Notes: a model not told the origin generated them from the sequence alone. A stretch of DNA of 18,590 nt from Bacteroidota bacterium (GCA_020630215.1 JAHDBT010000040.1:1-18590), one strand, 5' to 3'; counted from the first letter of the stretch, positions 7,600 to 18,100 are shown. Numbers and translations: made by a program.

Positions 7600-9339
7600 A
7601 TGTATTCCTTCAGCAATCAACTCGTACAAGCCCAAGCTCCTCCTCGAACACCTCATTTTCATATACTCCCACACTATAATATTCAACCCTATAATCCCAG
7701 TATTTCCTACAATGCCCAACTGGTAGTGCCTACAGGATACGATGCCGCATTTATTTATCGGCAACAACTAAGAGATGTATTTGAACCAGGTCAACATCAT
7801 TTAAATGAAGCTACGCTTCCTCAACTTGCGAAGAGCCAAGAATGGCATATTGAACGACCTAAAACTTTTCAATCCGATCTTATTTTTATTAATACTAAGC
7901 CCATTACTTTCCAATGGGCTGTTACAGCTCCAGTGCTCTGTTATTATCCATCTGCATCTACTAAACCTCACCAAAGCCATTCCGAAGAAGCGACCTTTAT
8001 TTATGTAGGCGGCCAATACCAGTTTCAAATTGAAAACATTGCCACTTTTATAAAACAAACCGAGCTTAATTTTCGCCTGCATACATCTGACGAAATAGCA
8101 CAAACAATTGGTGATACGGTGCATCATGCTGCTCAAAACACTACCCAAACTTATGCCTTTGCCGCCGAAAATTTACTAGCAGATAATAGCCATTTCAAAC
8201 AACAAGTTACCCAGCAACTCCTTTCCTTATTTACCGAATATGGAATGCGCTTAAACCATTTTTCCGTTGATGATATTCGTTGGCGCAGTAAATATATAGA
8301 TGTTAATTTTCCTTATATTGATACTGCTAACCAAACCCTTAATTGTTGGAAATGCAAAGCTAAACTGCCCCGTATCCAAAATAGAAAATACTTTAGCTTT
8401 AAAGAGTGTAATCATTGCGAACAGTATTACCGCCTTAACGAACGCCAACTTTACCTAGATAAACAGGGAACTTGGCAGCCTGTTGCAAAAGATAATTACG
8501 ATACAGGTACACAGGTTAATTCCCTCCATCATTTTCACCTTAACAATTGTAAGGAATGCAATTTGGCAACCCTCATTCCTCCAGCAAAAACCCAGAGCAC
8601 TTGTAGCTATTGTGACAAACCTCAACTAATAGCAACAGTAAATAGCATTGATGAAAAAATTAGTCCTACGCATATTGTGCCCTTTAAAATAGATAAAGAC
8701 CGTGCGGCACTCACTTTTTTATATTGGTTAGACGAACAAAAAAATCTGCCTAATAAAGTCATTCATTACGCCAAAGAAAACTATACGATTAAAGGCATTT
8801 TTGTTCCTTGCATTATGGCTAATATACGTAGCTACACTTATTTTAAAGGCAAAAAAGGAATTCCTCAATTTCCCGAAAAGAAAAACAGCATCGTGGCTTG
8901 GTATAATCGGGAGGGCATAACTCATCTATCTTTTAATAAACAAAAAACTTTTGCGAGTCAGCTTATACCCAAGCATCAACTAGATTTATTAGCCGATTTT
9001 TTAAATATAGATTTAGTCGCTTTTAATAGTACTCACCTACAACATAAAGCTGTAGAAACCTACGAAACAACACTGCGAATACCACTTAAAGATATGCTTC
9101 AAAATATTGACGTTTTAATAACAACCGCTATACAGAAAAAAATAGGCAGCAAACACCAAGAAATAACCGAAACTTTCACGACTTTTAATAATTCAACCAT
9201 TAAATTTGTATTGGCTCCTGTTTGGATAATCGAATTTGAATACCATACCAAAAGTTTTCAATACCTAATAGGCGGTAACCACGGAAAATTAATTACCACC
9301 AAACAACCCAGCTTAATGGGCTTGTTATTGGGTAAGTGA
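7600..9339 (+). CDS. Uncharacterized 579-aa protein (paralog A). N-terminal SPFH/band-7-like domain, two zinc ribbons (C249/C252/C270/C273 and C317/C320/C335/C338), conserved C-terminal domain of unknown function. No TM segment.
   Basis: Residues about 38-228 follow the prohibitin/stomatin fold pattern. VVPTGYDAAFIYRQQLRDVFEPGQHHL matches the SPFH start VPxGxxxVVxRFGKxxRxLxPGLHF. The domain ends LFTEYGMRLNHFSVDDIRW, matching GIxVxxVxIxDI. Zinc-ribbon motifs are CWKC...CNHC and CKEC...CSYC. Long blocks are identical to paralog B (NYTIKGIFVP, SPTHI, AVETYE, PVWII). Confidence 0.85.
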   Translation: MYSFSNQLVQAQAPPRTPHFHILPHYNIQPYNPSISYNAQLVVPTGYDAAFIYRQQLRDVFEPGQHHLNEATLPQLAKSQEWHIERPKTFQSDLIFINTKPITFQWAVTAPVLCYYPSASTKPHQSHSEEATFIYVGGQYQFQIENIATFIKQTELNFRLHTSDEIAQTIGDTVHHAAQNTTQTYAFAAENLLADNSHFKQQVTQQLLSLFTEYGMRLNHFSVDDIRWRSKYIDVNFPYIDTANQTLNCWKCKAKLPRIQNRKYFSFKECNHCEQYYRLNERQLYLDKQGTWQPVAKDNYDTGTQVNSLHHFHLNNCKECNLATLIPPAKTQSTCSYCDKPQLIATVNSIDEKISPTHIVPFKIDKDRAALTFLYWLDEQKNLPNKVIHYAKENYTIKGIFVPCIMANIRSYTYFKGKKGIPQFPEKKNSIVAWYNREGITHLSFNKQKTFASQLIPKHQLDLLADFLNIDLVAFNSTHLQHKAVETYETTLRIPLKDMLQNIDVLITTAIQKKIGSKHQEITETFTTFNNSTIKFVLAPVWIIEFEYHTKSFQYLIGGNHGKLITTKQPSLMGLLLGK

Positions 9340-9520
9340 AATGAAAAAAATAAAGTCCACCAAGAAATTTAATTATATTTTTCAAGGCAAGGCGTAAAAC
9401 GCAGTCATAGCGGGCTATGACGAGTATTTACAACGCCGCATTGGGAAATAGAATAAATTAAATTGGTGGAGGTTATTTTTTCTCATTCACTAAGTGGTTT
9501 AAGAAGTGATAGAAAAAAAT

Positions 9521-9528
9521 TACCTTTG
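9521..9528 (+). promoter_or_regulatory. Candidate Bacteroidota sigma-A -7 element TACCTTTG (TAnnTTTG consensus) upstream of paralog B
   Basis: Exact match to TAnnTTTG, 78 bp upstream of ATG 9606, in the 266-bp A-B intergenic gap. No clear -33 TTTG partner was found. A second near-match, taccttTT, is at 9583-9590. Confidence 0.25.
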
Positions 9529-9605
9529 CAAAAGATGTCGAAAAAATAAACATCGAAAAATCTGAAAATCCAAAAGTCTAAATACCTTTTAAATAGAATA
9601 TACCT

Positions 9606-11357
9606 ATGGGCTTATTCGATAATGAAATCATAAAACCAGATCTAGAAAATAAATCCAACAATTTATTTTACCTACCTGATTATAAAAACTGGCTTCTCCC
9701 CAACAGCATTAAATACGATGCTAAATTGCAAGTGCCACAAAGTACCGAAGCCATTTTTATTACCAAACAACAACCCGCCGATGTTTTTACGGCTGGCGAA
9801 TACCTCCTCAATTTCGATACGCTTCCTAAGCTATCGGATATTCAGCGATGGTATAATAATGCGCCTAGCTCGTTTAAAGCCAAATTATACTTTGTTGATA
9901 AAAGCACTTTTGAAGTGCAATGGCAAGTTAATTATCCGATGTTGGTATACAAACGAAACAGCAATGCTTCAACGGATAGGATTGTTCGCCTGAATGATCG
10001 GCTAACACACCTACAACTTGCAGGGGTCTACGATTTTCATATTGCAGATACGACTACTTTTGTTCAAAAAATGGGTATGCACCTCGAATCGCTTAAACCG
10101 AGGCTGGTAATGAAAAAATTGGAAAAACTAGGCAATCAAATTATCTTTAACTTTTTAGAACAATACGAATTTACTTCCGAAACGTTGCTAGGAGATAACT
10201 CGCAATTTAATGCCAACATACAAGCAGAAATGAAACGAGTGTTCGCATTGTATGGCATTGAATTAGAACGTTTTGCATTACAAAGCAGTCGTTGTGGAAC
10301 AGGACAGGAAAACCTTGACCTTCCGTTGGTACATCCACAAAATGAGGGTATTTATTGCTGGTCTTGCCAACATGCACTGCTCGACCCTAAAGGCATGAAA
10401 CGCTTTAGTGTAACCGATTGCGATTACTGCGACCAAACCTATCGCTTTGTAGATACTAAAGGTTTTTTTGATAAAAGAGCCGTTTACCAAGCCACACCTA
10501 AAAATGCCAGTTCCGCAGGGCCAGGAGTGAGCAAACTCCAACATTTTAACGCAATGACCTGTCCTAATTGCCGCCGCTTTTCTATCATCCCCCCCGAAAA
10601 AAAGGAAGATCATTGTACGCAATGCAACAATCCGCAATTAATAGATACTTTGTATTCGCTAGGGGCAAAAGCAAGCCCTACGCATATTGCTCCTTTTCAA
10701 AAAAGCAGACGTGATGCCGAGCTTATTTTTTCAGAGTGGCTGAGTAGCGTTACTTTGTTATCGAAAAAAACCCGTAATTACATTAAGGACAATTATACTA
10801 TTAAAGGGATATTTGTGCCTGTCTTAATATACGATTTACAAAGCTACACCTACTTTCATGGTCAACGAGGCATTAGGTATCGACGTGGCGATAACACCTA
10901 TACCGATTGGACTCCTGTAAAAGGACAAGACCATTTGGCCTTTAATAAACAAACTGCTTTTACCAGCAATCAAGTTGCTCCAAAACACCTAAAAGCCCTC
11001 AACGATTTTTTTACTACCGACCTCCTCACTTTTAGCAGCAAGCACATTCAACAGCACGCCGTAGAAACCTACGAAGCTCCTATTGATGCCACGATGAATA
11101 ATGTACTAGGACAATTTACGCCTTATATTGCACGCTCTATTAAAAGAAAAATTGGCGGCGACCGACAACAAATTGATAAATCGTTTACCTCCCTCAACAA
11201 CTCCAAAATTCGTTTTGCCTTAGTACCCGTTTGGATTATTAATTGCGATTATAGCGGCACGCAATACGAGTATGTAATTGGTGGAAGAAAAGGTAAACTC
11301 GTGGCAATTAAACATGAAGTGGAAGTGTTGCGTAAAATTTGGGATTGGTTTAGTTAG
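9606..11357 (+). CDS. Uncharacterized 583-aa protein (paralog B). Same SPFH-like, double zinc ribbon and C-terminal domain architecture as 7600-9339.
   Basis: Colinear with paralog A along its whole length. LQVPQSTEAIFITKQQPADVFTAGEYL aligns with LVVPTGYDAAFIYRQQLRDVFEPGQHHL. Zinc-ribbon cysteines are at 251/254/272/275 and 319/322/337/340, offset by +2 from A. Identical blocks: NYTIKGIFVP, SPTHIAPF, HAVETYE, LVPVWII, IGG.KGKL. Confidence 0.85.
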   Translation: MGLFDNEIIKPDLENKSNNLFYLPDYKNWLLPNSIKYDAKLQVPQSTEAIFITKQQPADVFTAGEYLLNFDTLPKLSDIQRWYNNAPSSFKAKLYFVDKSTFEVQWQVNYPMLVYKRNSNASTDRIVRLNDRLTHLQLAGVYDFHIADTTTFVQKMGMHLESLKPRLVMKKLEKLGNQIIFNFLEQYEFTSETLLGDNSQFNANIQAEMKRVFALYGIELERFALQSSRCGTGQENLDLPLVHPQNEGIYCWSCQHALLDPKGMKRFSVTDCDYCDQTYRFVDTKGFFDKRAVYQATPKNASSAGPGVSKLQHFNAMTCPNCRRFSIIPPEKKEDHCTQCNNPQLIDTLYSLGAKASPTHIAPFQKSRRDAELIFSEWLSSVTLLSKKTRNYIKDNYTIKGIFVPVLIYDLQSYTYFHGQRGIRYRRGDNTYTDWTPVKGQDHLAFNKQTAFTSNQVAPKHLKALNDFFTTDLLTFSSKHIQQHAVETYEAPIDATMNNVLGQFTPYIARSIKRKIGGDRQQIDKSFTSLNNSKIRFALVPVWIINCDYSGTQYEYVIGGRKGKLVAIKHEVEVLRKIWDWFS

Positions 11358-11610
11358 TTTTTTTCTAGTAGCGGGTACATGGTAATTGGTATTTAGACGG
11401 CTACGCTTCGTTGTTTTAATTTATGTTGATATTGTAGTCCCTACCATAGGCTTCTGCACTATTTTGTTTTTCGGTTACTATTTGTAGTCGAAGTGTTAGG
11501 TGAGCTCTTAGCTTTACTCTCAAATCACGATGGTAAGTAATAACATTTTTTGTAGTATTGCCTAGTGATTAAACGAACTAAAGTTGGTTCTACATTATCT
11601 CCCAAAAGGC

Positions 11611-11648
11611 AAAAAAAAGCCCCTTTCAAATTTGTTATTGAAAGGGGC
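11611..11648 (-). terminator. Repeat-borne intrinsic terminator copy 1 (minus strand)
   Basis: Perfect 11-bp stem gcccctttcaa (11619-11629) / ttgaaaggggc (11638-11648). 8-nt A-run 11611-11618 on plus, equal to 8 U on minus. Confidence 0.5.
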
Positions 11649-11772
11649 AAAGTTCCCAAATTACCCAAATGTTCCCGGAGCAAACGGTTGTTTTTTTGTA
11701 ACCGCCAACTATACATTTTGGAGGGTGTTTTTTGGTAAAAATCTACTATTTTTAAAGCTTTATTTTGGGAGG

Positions 11773-11809
11773 AAAAAGCCCCTTTTAAGTTTGCACTAAT
11801 AAAAGGGGC
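11773..11809 (-). terminator. Repeat-borne intrinsic terminator copy 2 (minus strand)
   Basis: Perfect 10-bp stem gcccctttta (11778-11787) / taaaaggggc (11800-11809). A-run 11773-11777. The ninth stem pair is T:A, where copy 3 has C:G. Confidence 0.5.
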
Positions 11810-11930
11810 AGAGTTCCCAAATTACCCAAATGTTCCCGGAGCAAACGGTTGTTTTTTGTAACCGCCAACTATACATTTAAGGTAGTCTTTTGGTAAAAAT
11901 CTACTATTTTCAAAGCTTAACTTTGGGGAG

Positions 11931-11967
11931 AAAAAGCCCCTTTCAAGTTCGCACTAATGAAAGGGGC
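11931..11967 (-). terminator. Repeat-borne intrinsic terminator copy 3 (minus strand)
   Basis: Perfect 10-bp stem gcccctttca (11936-11945) / tgaaaggggc (11958-11967). A-run 11931-11935 on plus, equal to a U-run after the hairpin on minus. Confidence 0.5.
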
Positions 11968-12087
11968 AGGGTTCCCAAATTACCCAAATGTTCCCGGAGC
12001 AAACGGTTGTTTTTTGTAACCGCCAACTATACATTTAAAGGTAGTCTTTTGGTAAAAATTTTGTATTTCAAATTTTAATTTGGGAGG

Positions 12088-12124
12088 AAAAAGCCCCTTT
12101 CAAGTTTGCACTAATAAAAGGGGC
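12088..12124 (-). terminator. Rho-independent terminator of the giant T9SS cargo gene, 48 bp past its stop
   Basis: On the minus strand: gccccuuuua (RC of 12115-12124), 12-nt loop, ugaaaggggc (RC of 12093-12102), then uuuuu (RC of 12088-12092). The stem has one G-U wobble on the minus strand. On the plus strand the same position would be a C-A mismatch. Confidence 0.65.
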
Positions 12125-12171
12125 AAAGTTCCCAAATTACCCAAATGTTCCCGATGCTAACGACTGGTCAA

Positions 12172-15100
12172 TTACTTGTCAACCGCCAACATTACATTAG
12201 AGATGATTTTGTGCTTTGCGTTTAATTGGTAAAAATAAATTCCTGCAGAAAGTTCCCCACGCTTGAACACAACTCTATTTTTACCTTCCACTCCTACTTT
12301 GCTGGTACTGAACACTTTACGACCATCTACAGCAAATACATTAAGGGTGTATTCCGAGGCTTCTTCTAGGGCAAAAAATATCACAGTTTCGTCATTAAAT
12401 GGGTTTGGATAGTTGCTAATCGTCCCTGCATTCAATATATTTTCGGTTGGAGCGTTGGCGTTTTTAAAGCGTACATCGCTAATATTTAATTCAAATGGCA
12501 TACTGCCTGTTTCGCTACTTGCACCGCTAATGGTAAACACAACCGATTGTACATCACTTCGATCAAACATATTTCCTGTTTCGCTTACTAAATCGCCCAA
12601 CCAAATTTCGTGTATGGTTGATGAGGTACTTAATGGCACTTGAATTTTAAATTGTTCATCCCAGTTGTTAATTCCTGCTTTTGCAACGGTTACCGTCATA
12701 ATTTGAGGTCCTTCTACTTCAGCAGTAAATGCTAGCACATTGTAATTGCTTACATCGGCACTTGCGCTACGAGGACGCAGGTTACGCACTACTGATAAAT
12801 AAGAGCCTACCGTACCTGTTAACTCCACATTTCGCTCTACAATCATATCGTCGCTATTGTGGTCGTCGAGGTTGGTGATGTATGGGCTTACTTCATAGCT
12901 GTCAATTTGTGTGCTGCTAGGCGTTTCTGTAAACCAGGTTCCGTCGGCACTGTAAATAACATCTACTTGCGAGTTCACATTGTTTTTTACATTAAAGCCA
13001 ATATCGTATACACTGCCTAAATCTAAAACAACTTCTTCTTGTGCTGCGCCACTTAAAGCAATTACTTCTTCAAATTGTTGGCGTTCTTCTGTTTCGGTTG
13101 TTTTGTAAGTACCTCTTAAAGTTACTTCTGTAGCATTGTTGTTGTTCTGGATATTGAGGTTTAACTTCCCTTTGTTGTAATTCCCTTTGCGTACATACAC
13201 CTCTGGAATAGTTGGTGCATCGTTATTGGCATATACAAGTCCAGTCGTTTCCTCTTTCATCAAGTCCAACACACGTATCATTAAGTCTTCGGCTAAATCT
13301 AAAGTAGAAGACCATACTTGGAAATTAAAGTTAACAGGCAATTCGTCGTAATCTTCTAAGTCCCAACGGTTGTCGATATATAATCCACCATAGCCGCCTG
13401 AGTGTGCGGTAAAGCTGATGCCATATTCTACGGTTCCATCTGGTTGTTCTAGTACGTAGTAAATAAATGGTTGGTATTGGATGTTGATGTGTCCAATGTC
13501 GGTTAAAGTAGCACCGCTAAAACGGTCGCAAATAACTTTAGTGTGTTCGTACACTTGGTCGTAGGTAGACAAAGCTAAGATGGCTCCGTAGCGTTCTTCG
13601 CCCGAGAAATAATCTACTGCAAAAACTTCTTCGGCATTGGTAATATCAATTAAGTCTGCTGGTGTAGAAATGTAGGCCTGCGAATCGTACATGCCTTTTT
13701 CTGGAATAAATTTAATCAAATCAGAAATACCCGATTTTTGGTTGGCTTTAGCTGCCTCCGATTGTATGGTTTGTATGTCTCCTTTGCGTGCTGCTTTTTC
13801 GGTAAACTTTATCAGTTGTTCTTTTTCAATATTTTTAGTATTACTTGTTCTTCTTTGTTGGTATTTTCTTTTAGCAATTTTAGATGCTAAATCACCATTA
13901 CTTTCTAAGCCAGCCGTTTTACCCGAACCCGAACCAAAACATTGCGAGAAGTAAAACTCATCTTCCTTAGAAGTAACCAATACCCCACAAGTTTCGCCAC
14001 TCGATACACAGGTTGCTTGTATCTCAGTTAAGGTTTGCGCTTTAAATAAAGATACATCACATCCTACTAAAACGGTATCAACCTCAAAATCAATGTCCCA
14101 TATCATTGTATCCTGCGTTGGAATGCCATCTGCAAAAAACCAATCTAAGCGAGTAATGCCATCTAACACTTCAATAGTTGGTTCTGTGGTGCTAGGAATG
14201 TATTGTGTAAAGTTACTGCTGCCTTCTATGTAGGCATATCCTTTAGGTAAGGTTAAGTAGTAGTGATCTCTGCTCGAAGTTGGGTCGCCTGTTTCTGGTG
14301 TTTTATTTAACATCATGATGGTAAACTGGCTACGACTGCTAGTATCTTGCGCCATAAGCGGTGCATAAATTTGCTCGTAATCTAAAGCAGCATTTAAGCG
14401 GATAGGCAATGTTGCATCTGCAGCCGAGTACAAAGGTTCTCCACAAGTACCATCGGCATTAGAAATAAATTGTAGCGAACCACCTGAAATAAATCCACAA
14501 GCAGTTGCTAATTTTACACTTACTAAGTACTCGTTGGCAGGACGTTCGGCATAAGGACGTAAACCATTTGCTTCCAAGCCCGCTACAATACCCGAAATGT
14601 CCCAACGGAAAAGACGCTCACTAATTGGCGTAGGTTCTACGTCGTAAACCGTACCCATGTATTCTACTTTTGAGTAGCCTTCAATAATATCTAAGTTAGA
14701 GCCTAATGGTAATAATAAGTCGAAGCTTAAATTTCTAGCAACACCTGGGTCTCTATTAGAAACCGATACCGTATAATCAAACTCCTCACATAAATCGGTG
14801 TAAGTATACGATTTGTTTACAATGGCTGTTTGTACCTCTGGCACAACAGGGTCTAGCATTAATGTTGTTCTAAACACTTGGCAAGGGTTAGCAGCTACCG
14901 AACTAGGATAGGCATCACATCCACCCCAACCTGCAACAATATCAAATTCACGTTGTTGACAAATATTATAGGTGTAGTAAAAACGTAAATCTACATAATC
15001 GTCTGCTTGTCCTAAAAAGCCATACTCCCAAAAATCGTTGTTAAGTGTTAACCAAACGTTATCTGTAATATTGTAAACCGAATCAACGATAATATAGCCA

Positions 15101-18100
15101 CCTGGCGAATCATAGCTTACAAACACATGGTCCGCGTCAGAAAAAGGAGCTTCGTTTCTCAACCTAATATCTACTGTTTCTACCGATTCTACGGCAGCTA
15201 GAATGCTGGTTTGTCCGCCTAAGATCTGGAAGTTAATATCAGGAGGAACTACATCGTAATTAGCGGTTGTAGTACGTTGTATGCCGCTAGGATCGAGAAA
15301 GGTTGTTTCGTAGTCTAAAGTAACATTTCCTATTCCAGCAGTTGCATCACAATTGGCAGAAACTTTAGGTGAAAACTGCAAGCGAATGCCTTCATCTGGT
15401 AAAGGAATACTGCCTCCGTTAATGGTATAAATACTGCTTAAATCGTAGGTTTGTGTATTTCCCGAAGTTGATATAGGCGTGAGCGTTGCGCTTTCTACAA
15501 CGCTGCTAAATCCTCCTACATTACGACGTTGGTAAACGGTTAAGCTTTCCATGGTGTAACCTACAGGAACGGTATAGGTCATTTCGTCTAAGGCTATCAT
15601 TTGTCGATACTCGTAAGGAAACTGGCGGCTGCTGTTGCCGATATTGTTTCCAATATAAAAGTAGTTAAAGTATCTTTCTAAATATTCTGTTCCTAGGTTT
15701 TGCGATTCACAGCCATCTAGGGTATGGTCTAAAGTTCCTAAGTTGGTTACATTGTAACCATAGGCAACCATACGAACAGCATAATTATTACAAACATAAG
15801 GTGTTCCGTTTTCGCTGGTGGTTAAATAATAGTTGGTATCAAATACGGCTACTTTCATTCCCGAAAAAGAACCGTTAACTTTATAGTTGGCTACTACCGA
15901 AATAGAATCGCCATTGGCGTAACTAAAGTCCATAGGAATATCGGTACAAGGTAAAGCAGCTAATTCGTCTACACTAAAATCGTATCGCCACGTACGGGTT
16001 TCGCCCGATGTACTTACGGTAAAAGGCACTTCACTACAAGTATAGGTATTGCCTGTGCTGGCATCGTAAATATTAATAGCTGCATCAAGTCTATCAATAT
16101 AGCTACCAAATAATGGCATATTTACCTCTGCATATCCATAATCGAATGCTTGAGGACTATTCTCATTTGTTACTACTGTTCCTCTAAATTCGCTTGTAAA
16201 TTCGTCTTGTAAAAACAAACGGTCAGTACGCACTTTACTCATATCTAAACTGCCACTTCCATCTGCTTGTCCATTATCGTCGTTGTCTGCTTGTCCAAAA
16301 GTAGTACGAGCAGTAGAGAAAGATAAAAAGCGCATTCCTCCTAAATCACAGCCAGCTCCACATTGAATTCTGATAGGCGTGCTTAATTGGCAATGCAAAG
16401 TGTGCAAATTGCTACTTGTGCAATTATCGCTAGATTCAAAAAAGGTTTGTGCTGTAACATTTTGCCATCCAGAAGAAACACCTCCTAAAGCATTACAACA
16501 AGCAACCACATCAAACAAAATACGATTGTTTACATAGCTTTGTGGGGGAAACTGTAGACTGATAAGTCCGTTGTCATCGTCAATTTCTACAGAAGTTGGT
16601 AGTGTTTTAGTATTGACACCATGAATCATCGCAAAATCGTTGGTACCTGGTAAACACAAACCTAGCGGTATATCAATTTCTACGGCTACATGCCCCGTAC
16701 CATCATCGGTAAAACCTTGCAAGTAGGCATTGGTATAATTAATTTCAAAAGTACCTTCATCACCATCGTCCATATCTAGGGGAGCATCAGGTAAAGAAGC
16801 TGTCCAATGAAAAGCTTCTGCATTAAATTCTAGCATGGGCATCGTAGCAGTTTCAAAATTACACGTACCGCCAAATGTACCTTCGCTTTCCCATACCTCG
16901 AACCATTGTTTGTTATTACATGCAGGATTGGGATTGATTAATACACAACGTTCAAAATCGAAATCTACGTAGAAGGTTTCGCCTGGCTGCATAAAATCGA
17001 TCGTAAAAGCAAATTCGGTGTTGATAATTCCACCACCTGAATAGCAATGAGGGCCACTATAAGCCCCAGTTGCACTATCTAACATGAGTGCTTGGACAGC
17101 TTCGCCTTCTTTTTGTATCGTAAAAGAAGACTCCACAATATAATTGTTATTATAATCTTCCATGTCGTTTAATAGATTGTATTGAATATTGGTAGCTGTT
17201 CCCGTGCCATTGTTGGTGAGGGTAATTCGCCCCTTAGCCATTTCGCTCCAACAGGCGGGTAAGTCTGCTACGCCTAGTGTTGCTACTACCGCAGGAATGC
17301 CTACTGGTGTTTGAATATTGGGAAACAAATCTTCCTGTTCGCAAGTGGCATTGTCGCATCCCCAACGTACAAAAGAGGTAGAGCCTACATTTGGATTGGT
17401 ACAGGCATTTACCATAATTACTTCCTCAATAATTGCTTCATCATTAGGGTAATTATCTAAGTTGCGAAGGAGTTTATTAACTTCATAACTAATCGTATTT
17501 CCATCAATAGCTGGTGTTACTTCGATGCCATCTACTAGTAAACTTACAAAGCTTACGCCTTCTTCCATGGTGCTTTCAAAGGTAAATTTTTCGAGTGCTG
17601 ATAGGATGCCCGTATTGGTAACGCTGTAGCTACGAGAAAAAGATTGCCCTATTAAGCCATTATTTTGCACCATGTTTGTAACGCCTGCAAACTGCACTGA
17701 TGGCTTTTTTACTACGCCAATTAAGTTTTCGCCTACGCCAACATCGCTGTTAGGCACGCCATTAATTTGGTAGTTAGCGGTTAATTGCGAATACAACTCG
17801 CTTTCGCCATTGGCACCACATTTTGCTCGCGCTAAAATTTGCACGGTGCTGCTGCCTTGATAGGCTAAATCGCTAAGGTTAAATACGAGTGCAGAAATAT
17901 CGCTATCATCCACACTAATAATGTTTGCGCTAGGAATATAGCTTACATACTCAATGGTATTAGGCAGGCTATATACTAGGCTAAGGTTAGTTGCCGTAAC
18001 TGGTGTTTCTGGATTTTCTATGGTAATACTTAGTGTATCGGCACTAGCACATTCACTTAAAAAAGTGCTTAGGAAATCGGTTGTTTCGGTAATGGAAAGG

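Larger units (their letters stand above)
11597..12200. repeat. Tandem array of four units of about 158 bp. Each unit is a minus-strand GC-stem hairpin plus U-run (intrinsic terminator), a conserved GTTCCCAAATTACCCAAATGTTCCC block, and a degenerate copy of the 3'-terminal codons of the 12172-18201 gene.
   Basis: Hairpin 5' arms start at 11619, 11778, 11936 and 12093, a period of 157-159 bp. Units 1-3 are near-identical over about 150 bp. Unit 4 is the authentic gene end (ttgtcaaccgccaacattacat, encoding ...MLAVDK*). Units 1-3 carry ttgtaaccgccaactatacat (NV*LAVTK when read on the minus strand). Confidence 0.85.

Noticed and set aside
9340-9605. Looked for a small ORF or ncRNA in the 266-bp gap between the two paralogs.
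   Set aside because: No ORF over 30 codons, no strong hairpin. Only the TAnnTTTG promoter-like match at 9521-9528 is retained, as a low-confidence feature.
5710-10637. Short ORFs 5710-5895(-), 7576-7767(-), 7801-8148(-), 7805-8008(+), 8251-8448(-), 8728-8925(-), 9718-9993(+) and 10278-10637(-).
   Set aside because: All overlap the histidine kinase or the two paralog CDSs, antisense or out of frame. The host genes have strong domain evidence and these do not.
11584-12078. Plus-strand ORFs 11584-11799 and 11890-12078 inside the tandem array.
   Set aside because: Both read across repeat units and share the repeat-derived peptide FFVTANYTF. They are open frames created by reiterated sequence and not genes. 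The functional strand of the array appears to be minus.
11597-12200. Could the tandem array be a CRISPR locus?
   Set aside because: The units are about 158 bp and near-identical across their full length. There are no unique spacers of repeat-like size between short direct repeats. The conserved hairpins are followed by U-runs, which is terminator architecture. There are no cas genes.
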